Source: Phaeosaccion multiseriatum (Eukaryota; Protista; Ochrophyta, other classes). Taken from it: a DNA stretch of 64,000 nucleotides. Below the pieces are notes generated by a model. That model made no database searches, had not been told where the DNA came from, and saw nothing but the letters and a program-made list of their open reading frames with translations. The stretch spans positions 806,001 through 870,000 of the forward strand of contig OZ218952.1 in the NCBI GenBank assembly GCA_965112735.1, read 5' to 3'. A program made the position numbers and the translations under genes. Of the stretch, positions 28,929-43,700 are shown in pieces. The number at the start of each line of letters is the position of its first letter. Positions within the stretch are counted from its first letter, which is position 1.

Positions 28929-31900
28929 TGCTCGCTCGCTCGCTCTCCCCCGTGTCTCTGGCAGGGCCACGAATCAACCACTCTCACCCCTCCACCAATC
29001 AACCCCCCACTCTACCCTCTATCGCAGCGTCTTTGCCGCCACATGCGTCGCCATCAACCTCATCATGGGCAGTGGCTTCTTGGCATTACCGAAGGTCAGT
29101 GTACTTACTCACTCACTCGCGGCTCACTCACTCACTCACGCAGTCACTCACTCACTCACTCACTCACTTACTCACTCACTCACTCACTCGTCCACCCACT
29201 CCATCACTCACACACTGACGCACTCAATCACCCCCTCCCTCCCTCCCTCCTTCCCTCCCTCTGCCCCCCCCCCCCCCGCTCTCTCCCTCCCTCCAGCTCT
29301 TCGTGGACGCCGGCTTACTGCTGAGCCTGGCGATTATCATACTCGTAGCGGCGGCAATGTCTGTAACCGCCATTTACGAAGTTGAGATTATGTGCAGGGC
29401 AGAGCGCTACGTCAAGGCGCGTTTCACGGTGCCCAACTTGAAATTCACACCCACCTACTCGCAGCAGCGCCTGCACATGGAGCGACAGGCCGCTAATAAA
29501 CAGGTGCAACACACCATGTACGACGGGGGCGACAGGAGCAGCGGCGGAGGAGGAGGAGGAGGAGGAGGAGGAGGAGGAGGAGGAGGAGGAGGAGGAGGAG
29601 GAGAGGCTGATGGACCCACCACGGCGTTGCTGGGCAACAGTGGTAACAGCAGCGGGCCGGTAACCCCGGGGGGCTACCGAAGCACCCGTAACCATAGCAC
29701 GGACTCTCGTCCTCCTTCCTACGGGGGGTTGCGAGGCAATGGCCTGGGCGGTGGCGATGCCGAGGAGGGAGGGGCGACGGGTCGAGGTGATGATGCAGAG
29801 GCTTTTGAAGTGTCACCATCTGCCAGGAGGGAACTTCCGGGAGGAGGAGGAGGAGGAGGAGGAGGAGGAGGAGGAGGAGGAGGAGGAGGAGGAATAGCAG
29901 GGACAGGGGCAAGAGCAGGAGCAGGGGGTGCGCGAAATGGCCCCTCTCCAGGGGGAAGCCCCCTTTTGTCGCCTCCACGACAAGCTGGGGCTCGTCGGGA
30001 TAGGCAAGGGCGGCAGCAGCAGCAGCAGCAGTTGGTGGTACAGCAGCAGTTGGGGACAGGGCAGAGGAAGAAGAGTTGGTCTGGAGGCTCAAAGGGAGAC
30101 GGCGGAGAGAAAATGGTGCTCGGTCAGCACGCGTATCAAATGACTGAAATGTGTGAGCTGTTGGGAGGTGAGTCGGGGGGGGTGGGGTGGAGGGAGGGAG
30201 GGAGGGAGGGAGGGGATGGATGGAGAGAGGGGAGGGAGGGGAGGGAGGGGGAGAGGGAGGGAGGGAGGGGAGGGATGGAAGGAGGGGAGGGAGGCAAGGA
30301 GGGGAGAGAGGGAAGGATGGAGAGAGGGAGAGCGAGATGGAGACGGGGTTTGCTGGTTGAAGCGAGAAGTCAGCGAATCGGCCGTTCCTTCCTCTGGCCG
30401 GGAGCGGCAGAGAGAGGGAGAGAGGAAGGAGGATTCCTTTCCCATATCATAAACTCTCCTACTCCTCCCCTTCTCTCTCCTGTGTGCTTTGCGCCCCTCC
30501 CTCAGACCATGGTTTGAAACCATTTTACGACGTGTGCATCTCTGTATGTAAGTACCGTAGCACAAAGTTGATTATGCCCAACTTGTGATGCCCAACAACT
30601 GGGGTCTACTGGCATACAAGTTGTAGTACAGGCTCTATCCCCCTTACTCATACCCCCCTCCACTGCCATCCACCTGCACCCCCCCCCCCCCCCTCCCTCC
30701 ACCAGACATGTTCTCAGTGCTCTGGGGCTACGGCGCTGTGTTCGCCACCTCCATGACTGCCTATGCCCGCCCGGCCATGCTAAGCGATGAGGTTAGTAAG
30801 CCTTAGTCACCCCCCATTACCTTTTCCGCGTCGAGTATCATCCTGTGCTACCACACACGCCTCCTCCTCCTCCTCCTTCTCCTTCTCCTTCTCCTCCTCC
30901 TCCTCCTCCTCCTCCTCCTCCTCCATCCACTGCCATCCCCCCCCAGGTTTGTTACCTCGTATATGTGGTCGTCTTCGCCGGGATAGTGCTGCCGCTCAGT
31001 TGCGTCGACATCAAAGAGCAAATAGGGTTTCAGGTGAGAGAAGGGGGGGGTAGGGGGGAGGGCGGAGGGAGGGAGAGAGGGAGGGAGGGAGAGACGGAAG
31101 GACGGAGGGAGGAAAGGGGAAGGGGGAGGAAGGGAAGAGGGGAGAGGGGAGGGGGAAGCTCCAAAGATCGCACAATACTCCCCTGTCTGTGGCTGTGCGT
31201 GTGCGCGTTCACTCAAGCATACCTCTTTCTGCGGTTGTGTATGTGTGTGTCCTTTCTTCCTCACTCAACTCACTCACTCACACGCACAAACACACTGACT
31301 CACACACTCACTCACTCAACTCACTCACAATCTCTCTCACTCACGCGCGCACACACACTCCCTCTCTCTCTCACACACACACTCTCTCTCATTGACTTAG
31401 GTGGTGCTGGCGATGCTGCGCATTGTCGTCCTCGCGGTGATGGTGGGGACAGTGATGTATGCCATGTTTGTGGATAGCAGCGCCTTTGGGGAGGTGAGAG
31501 AGATGGAAAGGGGAGGGGAGGGGAGGGGAGGGGAGGGGATGGGAGGGGCTAGGCAACAGCAAGGGAGTAGAGGACAGTCATGTATACCATGTTTGTGCAT
31601 AAAAGCAGCCTTGGGAGTGGTGAGAGAGAGGGAGTGGGAGAGAAGAAGAGAGACATGAGAGGAGAGGGGTGAGAACATGTGCAGCATATACCGTACAGCT
31701 CTGACCTTGTGAGAGGGGTGAGAACATGTGCAGCATATACCGTACAGCTCTGTCCTTGTCCTTTCTAAATGGGGGGGGGGGGGTGCAGTGCGGTATGGTG
31801 TGCATAAGTGCATCTGCTGGGGCTCTTACATGACTACAATCGCAACATCCTCCTTCTGCTGCTTCTTCTCCTCCTCCTCCTCCTCCTCCTTTCTCTCCTC

Positions 31901-32812
31901 CCTCCCCAGGGAGCCAGCACCTCAATGGGCTCAGCCCCTCTGTTCCGCGTGGCGGGCCTATTTCAGATGGTGCCTGCAGCGATCTTCGCCACCATGATCA
32001 ACAGCAGCGTGCCTGTTGTCGTGCAGGTGCGTGTGTGTGTGTGTGAGAGAGAGAGAGAGTGTGTGTATGTGTGCGTGCGTGCGTGCGTGCGTATGTGTGT
32101 CTGTGTGTGTAGACAACCAACCACACCCCAACCAACCAACCAACCAACCACCCCAACCACGCTACCAGGCTATTGAGGAGAAGATGCGAATGCCCTTGGT
32201 GTTGCGCATGTCGATGGCCTGCACCGCTGTGTGCTTCGGAACCATGAGCTTTGTGGTGGGGTACTATTTCTCAGTCAAGGTGAGGTGGGGAGGATGGATG
32301 GATGGATGGCAGTGGATGGAGAAGGAGGGGCCGGGGGGAGGATGGGTGGATGGCAGTGGATGGAGTAGAAGGGGAGAGGGGTGCAGGAGAGAGGGGTGGA
32401 GGCACTCACCCGCCCACCCACTCACCTACCCACCCACGCACCACCTACCCACCCACCCCATACGCAGACGAATGCGTCTTGTAACACGAACTGGATCAGC
32501 TTCGGCGGGGACGCGGCGCCTGTGTGGGCGCGTGCGCTGTCGTACTTTGTGGTGCTCTTCCCCGCTATTGACGTTGTGAGCGTGTTCCCTCTCAATGCGA
32601 TGGTACTGTCCAATAATATGCTCGCTGCTGTCTATCACGATCGAGTCGGTGAGTGTCTCTCTAGGCGATAAGGGGTGTCTTGGTCTTTATACTTCTTCTG
32701 CTACTACTCCACTACTACCACTGCTGCTGCTGCTATTACTACTACTCCACTGCTACTACTACTGCTGCTACTACTACTACAGCTACTACTACCACCACTA
32801 CTGCTACCACTA

Positions 32813-32846
<34 letters not shown>

Positions 32847-33445
32847 GCTACTACTACTCCTCCTCCTCCTCCTCCTCCTCCTCCTCCTCCTTTTCCTCTG
32901 TCTCTGCCTCTTCCTCCCTACTTCTCCGTTCGCTTGCTCGCACGCACACACTCCTTCCCAACCCACCCCACCCTCCCGCCAACCCACCCCACCCTTCACC
33001 CCACCCACCCACCCACCCATCTCTCTGCCTCCCTGCCTCCTCCCCCACCTCCTTGCGCAGACAAAGCCGAGAACGACAAAGTGATCACCGTCACCTTCCG
33101 TCTGGCCTGTGCCATCCCACCCCTCATCAGCGCGATGCTCTTCCGCAGCCTGACCCAAATTGTCGACTACGCGGGCAGCATTGCCATTTTCATTTGCTTT
33201 GTGTTTCCTCCGGTGCTCAACATCATGTCCCAGCGGAAGCTCAATGCTCGCTTTGGGTCGTCTCGCACCCCCATGACGACGGCCCTGAGTCATCCGGCAG
33301 TGCTCAAGGGAGTGGCTGTAGGGGGGGTCCTGCTGCTCTTGTACATTGTATTCGAAGGCAAGTGCGAGGGCAAAGGGCAAAGCTTCATGTTACGTACAGG
33401 GTTGGCTCTTTTGTTGGAAGGCGAGTTTTACAGCTTGTAGCATCG

Positions 33446-33492
<47 letters not shown>

Positions 33493-33708
33493 GTATTTCT
33501 CTCTCCCGCAGTGTATGAACATGTTTGTGTCCCTCCCTTCCTCCCTCGTATGTCCTGAATGCTCACTTGCCGCCCCAACTTTCCCTCCCTTGATCCCTTT
33601 TTGTTGGCCGTATGTATGGCTCTACGCCGCTTTGCCCATATGCCTTTACTCTGTTCGGGTTCGTCGCTCTACTCAGACATTGTGGAGGCTATCGCTGGCA
33701 CTGCCTGA
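28216..33708 (+). CDS. Amino-acid transporter (Aa_trans/AAAP fold), TMEM104-like, ~704 aa, 13 exons
   Basis: Exons 28216-28271, 28655-28729, 29028-29094, 29297-30167, 30506-30547, 30706-30791, 30947-31033, 31401-31493, 31910-32026, 32169-32279, 32468-32648, 33061-33357, 33677-33708; all phases close. Motifs: [47 protein letters not shown]; many TM helices. First and last exons are less certain. Confidence 0.85.
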
Positions 33709-34895
33709 GAGGTATGAAAGAAGCGCTTACATTGATGGCAACAAACGTCAAAGCCTGAGTCCAAGTACGACAGCTCCAGAGTCAGGGATGGATGGATGAA
33801 TGGATGGGTGGATGCGTGGGTGGATGGATGGGTGGATGGATGGATGAATGGGGGGATGGATGGATGGATGGATGTGTGGGCGGGTGGATGGATGGATGGA
33901 TGGATGGATGGATGGATGGATGAATGGATGGATGAATGAATGAATGAATGAATGAATGGATGCATGGATGCATGGATGGATGGATGAATGGATGGAGGGA
34001 GGGAGGGAGGGAGGGAGGGAGGGATCGATGGATGGAAGTATGCTTCTCGCGCTCGAGCAGTTGGGAGGCAGAAGAGACCCAATCAGTTTATCAGTTTCAG
34101 AAGCGGAGAACAACGGAGGGTATACAGAGGACAGAGACAAGTGTAAAGAAGTAGGAGAGTTATTCTTTGGAGGAAGGAAGCACCTTGCTGCCGGGTTTCA
34201 TTGTAGTGTGACGTATTTGTAACGTTTGTGTAACGTTCCTATGTGCATGGTGACAAGAGAAATGTGCGTTTCTTTGGAGGAGACACACGGACACCAGCCT
34301 CACAAATGGCACGCTCTGAGAGGCGGATGCAAAAGAATAGGCCAACTTTGTTGCGATTCAGAAAGACTGCTCTTGACGAAGGGCGGGTGGGGGGGAGAGA
34401 GTGGAGCAGAGCACTTGAAGAAGGGAGCCCCCCTTCACGCTTCCCTCTTTTATTTTCTTCTTGTATTAGTATTCGATTTTTAAAAAATATTAAGTTTTAA
34501 TTTTAGATATTAATTAACACTCTCTTTGCGAGAAAAAGGCCCTCGGCGGCAAAGGGGGGATGCTCTTGCAGAACTGCTGACAAGGAGGGAAGGGGGAAAA
34601 GTGATGAAAGCCGAAAGACTATGGATGGATGAAAAGGCATCTCAAAGAGCTGCACAGAGAGCTATAGCGCTTCTCCCAGCGTCATTTTATTGGCGGCGAT
34701 TTGGGCGATTCTTACGCAAATCGAGTGTTAAAACAAATTAGGTCATAGTAACAGCAGGACGATTCAAAACTATTACAGTAACTCATGGCAAAGACTGACT
34801 TCCCAACCCTCCACGGCAGTCGCTGGCCTACTATTTTAACACGCAAGCCAGAGTGGCAATCATTTTCTGATTCTGTCGTCGCTCCACAAAGGACG

Positions 34896-34939
<44 letters not shown>

Positions 34940-35147
34940 GACATTTTAGGCATTCAAACATAAAACAAATAATGGTACAACATTTCGCACGATACAAAGC
35001 ATGCGACTTACGTAACGGTACAAGGCATGGGGTCGGCTTTGTTCGTTTCTTCTCCCATCCTGCTTTCCCGTCTCCCACCTCTGGAGCGACCTTCGCTCTC
35101 TCTCTCTCTCTCTCTTGTAGGCGCTGCTGCCTCACTTCGTTGAATCG

Positions 35148-35837
35148 TTAGGCCCGGCGGCTCTGGCTGAGCTTAACGACAGCTCCTGCTACAAAGACCG
35201 TTCCCCCAATGCAGCCCACCACAATGCCGACCACCAATCCGTCCGACAGGCCACCACTGGTACTGCCGCTCCCACCCTGCTCTCGTAGGCTTGTCCCGGA
35301 GGACTCTGCTTCAGTGCAGACAGGCTCTCCTTCGCACATGTTGATGACATCGCACGTCAGTGTGGGGTTCAGGGCAAGGTATTGCTGGGCACCTGCGATG
35401 GGAGAGGAGAGGGGAGGGGAGGGGAGGGGGGGGGGAGGGGGGGGGTGGAGAGGGGGGCGAGAGGGGGGCGAGGGGGGAGGGGAGTGGTGGTTAGTAAGGA
35501 GGGAAGCAAGGGAGGGAGATGGTGTGTCGTTGTGGAGTGGCACACACACAGACACGCACACACACACGCAGGCACACACACTCATACACACACACACGCG
35601 CGCGCGCACGCACGTACACGCACACACATGTACGCACGCACATACCTGCTTCGGTGTAGCACGCCCGGCAGTCTCGGCCAAGGTCGAACATGTCGCAGTG
35701 AAGGCCTCCGTACGAGGTGCCCTCCTCCGAGCAGGTGGGGTCGCAGTACAGCTCTGGTGGTGTGCGGCGCGGGGAGAGAACGAGGGAGAGAGGCGGGACG
35801 GGGAGAGAGAGAACGAGGGAAAAGAGAGAGAGAGAAG

Positions 35838-35882
<45 letters not shown>

Positions 35883-37760
35883 CGAGAGAGAATGAGAGAG
35901 AGAGAATGAGAGAGAGAGAATGAGAGAGAGAGAGGCGATGAGCGAGCGGACCGGACACTCGGATAAAGGGAGCGCACGAGTCCGGAGGGCGACAGGGGAG
36001 ACACAGAGTGCGAGCAGCGAGTGCCTATTCACACGCACCTTTCTTGTTGTCCTCGAGGTACTCGTTGTCCGAGTCACTGGCCATAGCGTAGCAGTCCTCA
36101 GCAGTCGTGCAGCCCCCGGGCGAAGGAGTGGGAGAGGCGGCTACGGGGGCCGCGGTAGGGGCCTTGGTGGGAGGCAGAGTAGTCGGAGCTGTCGTAGGTG
36201 GCATGGTAGGAGCCTAGGGGCATGGGTGGGGCACGAACAGAAGAGAGGAAGTACGTCAGCAACTTTGCCCCCGTCGCGTGGGGTGGGGTGGGGTGGGGCG
36301 ACTTCACCGAAGCCCTCTCTCCTGTCAGTGATTGACTGCGGACTTCACTCACCTTCGTAGGAGGAGCGGTGGGAGGGGCAGTCGGTCGAGCAGTAGGGGG
36401 GGCAGTAGGAGCAGCAGTAGGAGCAGCAGTAGGAGCTGCAGAAGGCGGTTCGGTAGGCACGGAGCACTCGGATCCGGGGCACAGGATGAGGCTGTCGCAC
36501 ACCTCGTCGGGGTTGGCAGCGAGGTAGTGGACGGCGCCGTCGGTGGTGTAGCAGCCTCGGCAAGTCTGGCCCAGGCCAAGCATGTTGCACAGCCTGTATG
36601 TGTGTGTGTGTGTGTGTGTGAAGGGGAGGGAAAGAGAAAGGGAAGAGGAAGGGAGGGGAAGTCTTGAGTCTCGCATCTTGGGCCGCACCCTTCTTGAGCC
36701 AAGGAAAGCAAGGCCGTACCCCACACACACACACACACACACGTGCTCCGTTCTCACAGAGTCCTTGAGTCCTAGAAACACTCACAGTCCGCCGTGGGGG
36801 TAGGGTGGGTTGGCGACGCAACGAGTGTCGCAGAAAAGCTCGAGTCCATGGGCTTGGAGCTCCTCAGCGTCGGCCTCAGTGATGCCGGTCAAGTCGCACA
36901 CGCAGTCCTCGACGTCTCCCTGGGGCGACAGAGTAACCGTCGTGGGTGTGGGCGCGTGTGCGGGTGGGTTGGTGGCGGGCGAATATGCCGGTGCATCGGT
37001 CTGGGGGCGACAGCAGAGGAGCAGGGGGGGGTGACGACAAGAGAGAGAGGGGGAGGGGGGCAGGGAGTGGGACTGTGAGCCAAGAGGGCGAGGAAGACAA
37101 TCGCGTTCATATCGAAGGGAAGGGACACACAACACATACGTATGATGACTGGAGTTGGTGGCAAGCGGCAAAAGAGTGCTCTCCAGATGCAGAAGGGAGC
37201 CTCGAGAGATGGAAGAAGAGAGAAAGAGAGGGAGTGCACACGTCCACTTACCCCAGGCGTAGGTCCGGCAGGAGTAGGAGTAGTGCCCGGAGGAATGGGC
37301 CCGGCAGGAGCACGAGTAGTGCCCGGAGGAGTAGGGGAGCCGGCCGGGGCCGCAGTGGCATCAGGTCCAGTAGGCACAACAGGCGCGGGTGTGACGGGGC
37401 ACTCCTCAGAGCAGGGGATGGTCAGGCCGTGGTCCGTCAGCATGGACTCTCCACAGAAGCGGCACTCCTGGGTCACGCCATCGGCGTTGCAACCAATGGC
37501 TCCGCCATCGAGACACGCGCTGTCGGTCACGCAGGGCTTAAGGACACCCGCCGCCTCGCACAGAGCCACACAGGCGTCGGGCTCGCACTCGGGGGTAGGG
37601 GGTGTAGGGGAGGGTGCGTCAGGTGTAGGGGAGGGTGCGTAGCCGGGGCAAAGGTGGATCTCGTCGACGGGGTAGGTGCCCTCTGCAAGGGCCGCTGCGG
37701 CGCCTTCAGCGGTGAAGCAGGCCCTGCACTCCTGGCCGAGCTCGAACATGTTGCAGTGAC
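35148..37760. repeat. Left arm of large inverted repeat (3' part of gene A)
   Basis: Reverse complement of ~47353-49968, introns included. Splice-site coordinate sums are constant (85191) from 36039/49152 to 37000/48191. Confidence 0.95.
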
Positions 37761-40700
37761 TGGTAGGTGGCAAGGAGGCAAAAGAAGAGAGGAGAGGAGA
37801 GGAGAGGAGAGGGATGAGGACCGACCGAGTGGACAGCACAATCACTGCCGCTTAGCCTTCGCACTGCTCATTCCTTCAGCGCTTGCTGTTCGTTCGTTCT
37901 TTTGCTTGCTTTGTGAGTGAGTGAGTGAGTGAGTGAGTGAGTGAGTGAGTGAGTGAGTGAGTGAGTGAATGAGTGAGTGAGTGAGTGAGTGAGTGAGTGA
38001 GTGAGTGAGTGAGTGAGTGAGTGAGTGAGTGAGTGAGTGGGTGAGTTGAGTGAGTGAGTGAGTGAGTGAGTGAGTGAGTGAGTGAGTGAGTGAGTGAGTG
38101 AGTGAGTGAGTGAGTGAGTGAGTGAGTGAGTGAGTGAGTGAGTGAGTGAGTGAGTGAGTGAGTGAGTGAGTGAGCGAGTGAGCGAGTGTCTGAGTGACTG
38201 ACTGCGTGAAACGAGAGAGGCATGAGTGAATCACTTACACGAGGTTGTCGGTGAGGCATGCAGGCTCGCAGTACAGCTCCTTGCCAGCCTCGTCCAAGTA
38301 GGCCTGGTCAATGGCAGCAATGGCGTCGCAGCAGATGTCGAACACGTCCGGCGCCACAGCAGGGGAAGTGGGCCCAGGAGTTGGTGCTGCTGTCGTTGGC
38401 GCCGGTGTAGGAGCTGCTGTTGGTGCTGCTGTCGTTGGCGCCGGTGTAGGTGCCTGGGTCGGTGCCTGATGAATGGAGAGAAGGGCGGATGGAGGACAGA
38501 GATGGGCAAGAGGGAAGCAGGAGAGATTGAGAGAGCCGCATGAGGTGTGGTAGCAGAGCGTACCTCATGAGCAAGCACCCCAGCCCAGGCCAAGAGCCAT
38601 CAAGACCTCACCTCCGTTGGCGCCACTGTAGGAGCCTCTGTCAGTGTCACGGGGCAAAGGTTGATATCGCTTTCGGCGAAGGTGCCCTCGGCAAGCGCCG
38701 TTGCGGCGCCTTCAGCGGTGAAGCAGGCCCTGCATTCCTGGCCGAGCTCGAACATGTTGCAGTTGCTGGTAGGTAACAAGGAGGCAGCAAAGGCAGCAGA
38801 GGAGGAGAGGAGAGGAGAGGAGAGGAGAGGAGCGGGGTGAGGACCGACCGAGTGGACAGCACACTCATTGCCGCTCAGCCTTCGCACGGCTCATTCCTTC
38901 AGCGCTTGCTGTTCGTTGGTTCTTTTGCTTGCTTTGTGAGTGAGTGAGTGAGTGAGTGAGTGAGTGAGTGAGTGAATGAGTGAGCGAATGAGTGAGTGAG
39001 TGAGTGAGTGAGTGAGTGAGTGAGCGAGTGAGTGAGTGAGTGAGTGAGTGAGTGAGTGTCTGAGTGAGTGAGTGACTGAGTGAGTGAGTGACTGACTGCG
39101 TGAAACGAGAGAGGCATGCGTGAATCACTTACACAATGCTGTCGGTGAGGCATGCAGGCTCGCAGTACAGCTCCTTGCCAGCCTCGTCCAAGTAGGCCTG
39201 GTCAATGGCAGCGATGGCGTCGCAGCAGATGTCGAACACGTCCGGCGCCACAGCAGGGGAAGTGGGCCCAGGAGTTGGTGCTGCTGTCGGCGACGCGGTT
39301 GGTGCTGCTGTCGTTGGCGCCGGTGTAGGAGCTGCTGTTGGTGCTGCTGTCGTTGGCGCCGGTGTAGGAGCTGCCGTTGGGGTTGCTGTTGGTGCTGCTG
39401 TCGTTGGCGCCGGTGTAGGAGCTGCTGTTGGTGCTGCTGTCGTTGGCGCCGGTGTAGGTGCCTGGGTCGGTGCCTGATGAATGGAGAGAAGGACGGATGG
39501 AGGACAGAGATGGGCAAGAGGGAAGCAGGAGAGATTGAGAGAGCCGCATGAGGTGTGGTAGCAGAGCATACCTCATGAGCAAGCACCCCAGCCCAGGCCA
39601 AGAGCCATCAAGACCTCACCTCCGTTGGCGCCACTGTAGGAGCCTCTGTCGGTGTCACGGGGCAAAGGTTGATATCGCTTTCGGCGAAGGTGCCCTCGGC
39701 AAGCGCCGTTGCGGCGCCTTCAGCGGTGAAGCAGGCCCTGCACTCCTGGCCGAGCTCGAACATGTTGCAGTTGCTGGTAGATAACAAGGAGGCAGCAAAG
39801 GCAGCAGAGGAGGAGAGGAGAGGAGAGGAGAGGAGAGGAGAGGAGAGGAGAGGAGAGGAGAGGAGAGGAGAGGAGAGGAGCGGGGTGAGGACCGACCGAG
39901 TGGACAGCACACTCATTGCCGCTCAGCCTTCGCACTGCTCATTCCTTCAGCGCTTGCTGTTCGTTGGTTCTTTTGCTTGCTTTGTGAGTGAGTGAGTGAG
40001 TGAGTGAGTGAGTGAGTGAGTGAGCGAGTGAGTGAGCGAGTGGGTGAGTGTCTGAGTGAGTGAGTGACTGAGTGAGTGAGTGACTGACTGCGTGAAACGA
40101 GAGAAGCATGAGTGAATCACTTACACAATGTTGTCGGTGAGGCATGCAGGCTCGCAGTACAGCTCCTTGCCAGCCTCGTCCAAGTAGGCCTGGTCAATGG
40201 CAGCGATGGCGTCGCAGCAGATGTCGAACACGTCCGGCGCCACAGCAAGGGATTTGGGCCCAGGAGTTGGAGCTGCTGTCGGCGATGCGGTTGGTGCTGC
40301 TGTCGTTGGCGCCGGTGTAGGAGCTGCTGTTGGTGCTGCTGTCGTTGGCGCCGGTGTAGGAGCTGCCGTTGGGGATGCTGTTGGTGCTACTGTCGTTGGC
40401 GCCGGTGTAGGTGCCTGGGTCGGTGCCTGGTGAAAGGAGAGAAGGGCGGATGGACGACCGAGATGGGCAAGAGGGAAGCAGGAGAGATTGAGAGAGCCGC
40501 ATGAGGTGTGGTAGCAGATCATACCTCATGAGCAAGCACCCCAAGCAAGCAGATGGAGAGGCCTATCTGCCAAGGCCAAGAGCCATCAAGACCTCACCTC
40601 CGTTGGCGCCACCGTCGGAGCCTCTGTCGATGTCACGGGGCAAAGGTTGATATCGCTTTCGGCGAAGGTTCCCTCGGCAAGCGCCGTTGCGGCGCCTTCA

Positions 40701-43700
40701 GCGGTGAAGCAGGCCCTGCATTCCTGGCCGAGCTCGAACATGTTGCAGTTGCTGGTAGGTAGCAAGGAGGCAAAAGAAGAGAGGAGAGGAGAGAAAAGGA
40801 GAGGGATGAGGACCGACCGAGTGGACAGCGCACTCATTGCCGCTCAGCCTTCGCACGGCTCATTCCTTCAGCGCTTGCTGTTCGTTGGTTTTTTTGCTTG
40901 CTTTGTGAGTGAGTGAGTGAGTGAGTGAGTGAGTGAGTGATGGAGTGAGTGAGTGAGTGAGTGAGTGAGCGAGTGAATGAGTGAGTGGGTAAGTGGGTGA
41001 GTGAGTGAGTGAGTGAGTGAGTGTGTGAGTGAGTGAGTGAGTGAGTGAGTGAGTGGGTGAGTGAGTGAGTGAGTGAGTGAGTGGGTGAGTGAGTGTGTGA
41101 ATGAGTGAGTGAGTGAGTGAGTGAGTGAGAGAGTGAGTGAGTGAGTAAGTGTGTGGGTTAGTGAGTGAGTGAGTGAGTGAGTGAGTGAGTGAGTGAGTGA
41201 GTGAGTGAGTGAGTGAGTGAGTGATGGAGTGACTGAGTGAGTGAGTGAGTGAGTGACTGCGTGAAACGAGAGAGGCATGAGTGAATCACTCACACAATGT
41301 TGTCGGTGAGGCATGCGGGCTCGCAGTACAGCTCCTTGCCAGCCTCGTCCAAGTAGGCCTGGTCAAAGGTAGCGATGGCGTCGCAGCAGATGTCGAACAC
41401 GTCCGGCGCCACAGCAGGGGAAGTGGGCCCAGGAGTTGGAGCTACTGTCGGCGATGCGGTTGGTGCTGCTGTCGTTGGCGCCGGTGTAGGAGCTGCTGTT
41501 GGTGCTACTGTCGTTGGCGCCGGTGTAGGAGCTGCTGTTGGTGCTGCTGTCGTTGGCGCCGATGTAGGTGCCTGGGTCGGTGCCTGATGAATGGAGAGAA
41601 GGGCGGATGGAGGACAGAGATGGGCAAGAGGGAAGCAGGAGAGATTGAGAGAGCCGCATGAGGTGTGGTAGCAGAGCATACCTTATGAGCAAGCACCCCA
41701 GCCCAGGCCAAGAGCCATCAAGACCTCACCTCCGTTGGCGCCACTGTAGGAGCCTCTGTCAGTGTCACGGGGCAAAGGTTGATATCGCTTTCGGCGAAGG
41801 TGCCCTCGGCAAGCGCCGTTGCGGCGCCTTCAGCGGTGAAGCAGGCCCTGCATTCCTGGCCGAGCTCGAACATGTTGCAGTTGCTGGTAGGTAACAAGGA
41901 GGCAGCAAAGGCAGCAGAGGAGGAGAGGAGAGGAGAGCAGAGGAAAGGAGCGGGGTGAGGACCGACCGAGTGGACAGCACACTCATTGCCGCTCAGCCTT
42001 CGCACGGCTCATTCCTTCAGCGCTTGCTGTTCGTTGGTTCTTTTGCTTGCTTTGTGAGTGAGTGAGTGAGTGAGTGAGTGAATGAGTGAGCGAATGAATG
42101 AGTGAGTGAGTGAGTGAGTGAGTGAGTGAGTGAGTGAGTGAGTGAGTGAGTGAGTGAGTGAGTGAGTGAGTGAGTGAGTGAGTGAGTGAGTGAGTGAGTG
42201 AGTGAGTGAGTGAGTGAGTGAGTGAGTGAGTGAGTGAGTGAGTGAGTGAGTGAGTGAGTGAGTGAGTGAGTGAGTGAGTGAGTGAGTGAGTGAGTGAGTG
42301 AGTGAGTGAGTGAGTGAGTGAGTGAGTGAGTGAGTGAGTGTCTGAGTGAGTGAGTGACTGAGTGAGTGAGTAACTGACTGCGTGAAACGAGAGAGGCATG
42401 CGTGAATCACTTACACAATGTTGTCGGTGAGGCATGCAGGCTCGCAGTACAGCTCCTTGCCAGCCTCGTCCAAGTAGGCCTGGTCAATGGCAGCGATGGC
42501 GTCGCAGCAGATGTCGAACACGTCCGGCGCCACAGCAGGGGAAGTGGGCCCAGGAGTTGGTGCTGCTGTCGGCGACGCGGTTGGTGCTGCTGTCGTTGGC
42601 GCCGGTGTAGGAGCTGCTGTTGGTGCTGCTGTCGTTGGCGCCGGTGTAGGAGCTGCTGTTGGTGCTGCTGTCGTTGGCGCCGGTGTAGGAGCTGCTGTTG
42701 GTGCTGCTGTCGTTGGCGCCGGTGTAGGAGCTGCTGTTGGTGCTGCCGTCGTTGGCGCCGGTGTAGGAGCTGCTGTTGGTGCTGCTGTCGTTGGCGCCGG
42801 TGTAGGAGCCTGGGTCGGTGCCTGATGAATGGAGAGAAGGGCGGATGGAGGACAGAGATGGGCAAGAGGGAAGCAGGAGAGATTGAGAGAGCCGCATGAG
42901 GTGTGGTAGCAGAGCATACCTCATGAGCAAGCACCCCAGCCCAGGCCAAGAGCCATCAAGACCTCACCTCCGTTGGCGCCACTGTAGGAGCCTCTGTCAG
43001 TGTCACGGGGCAAAGGTTGATATCGCTTTCGGAGAAGGTGCCCTCGGCAAGCGCCGTTGCGGCGCCTTCAGCGGTGAAGCAGGCCCTGCACTCCTGGCCG
43101 AGCTCGAACATGTTGCAGTTGCTGGTAGGTAGCAAGGAGGCAAAAGAAGAGAGGAGAGGAGAGGAGCGGGGTGAGGACCGACCGAGTGGACAGCACACTC
43201 ATTGCCGCTCAGCCTTCGCACGGCTCATTCCTTCAGCGCTTGCTGTTCGTTGGTTCTTTTGCTTGCTTTGTGAGTGAGTGAGTGAGTGAGTGAGTGAGTG
43301 AGTGAGTGAGTGAGTGAGTGAGTGAGTGAGTGAGTGAGTGAGTGAGTGAGTGAGTGAGTGAGTGAGTGAGTGAGCGAGTGAGTGAGTGTCTGAGTGAGTG
43401 AGTGACTGAGTGAGTGAGTGAGTGACTGCGTGAAACGAGAGAGGCATGAGTGAATCACTTACACAATGTTGTCGGTGAGGCATGCAGGCTCGCAGTACAG
43501 CTCCTTGCCAGCCTCGTCCAAGTAGGCCTGGTCAATGGCAGCGATGGCGTCGCAGCAGATGTCGAACACGTCCGGCGCCACAGCAGGGGAAGTGGGCCCA
43601 GGGGTTGGAGCTGCTGTCGGCGATGCGGTTGGTGCTGCTGTCGTTGGCGCCGGTGTAGGTGCCTGGGTCGGTGCCTGATGAAAGGAGAGAAGGGCGGATG

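Noticed and set aside
31662-31759. 49-bp direct repeat in a transporter intron (similar short duplication at ~26146-26220)
   Set aside because: Simple local tandem duplications with no TIR, TSD or coding effect.
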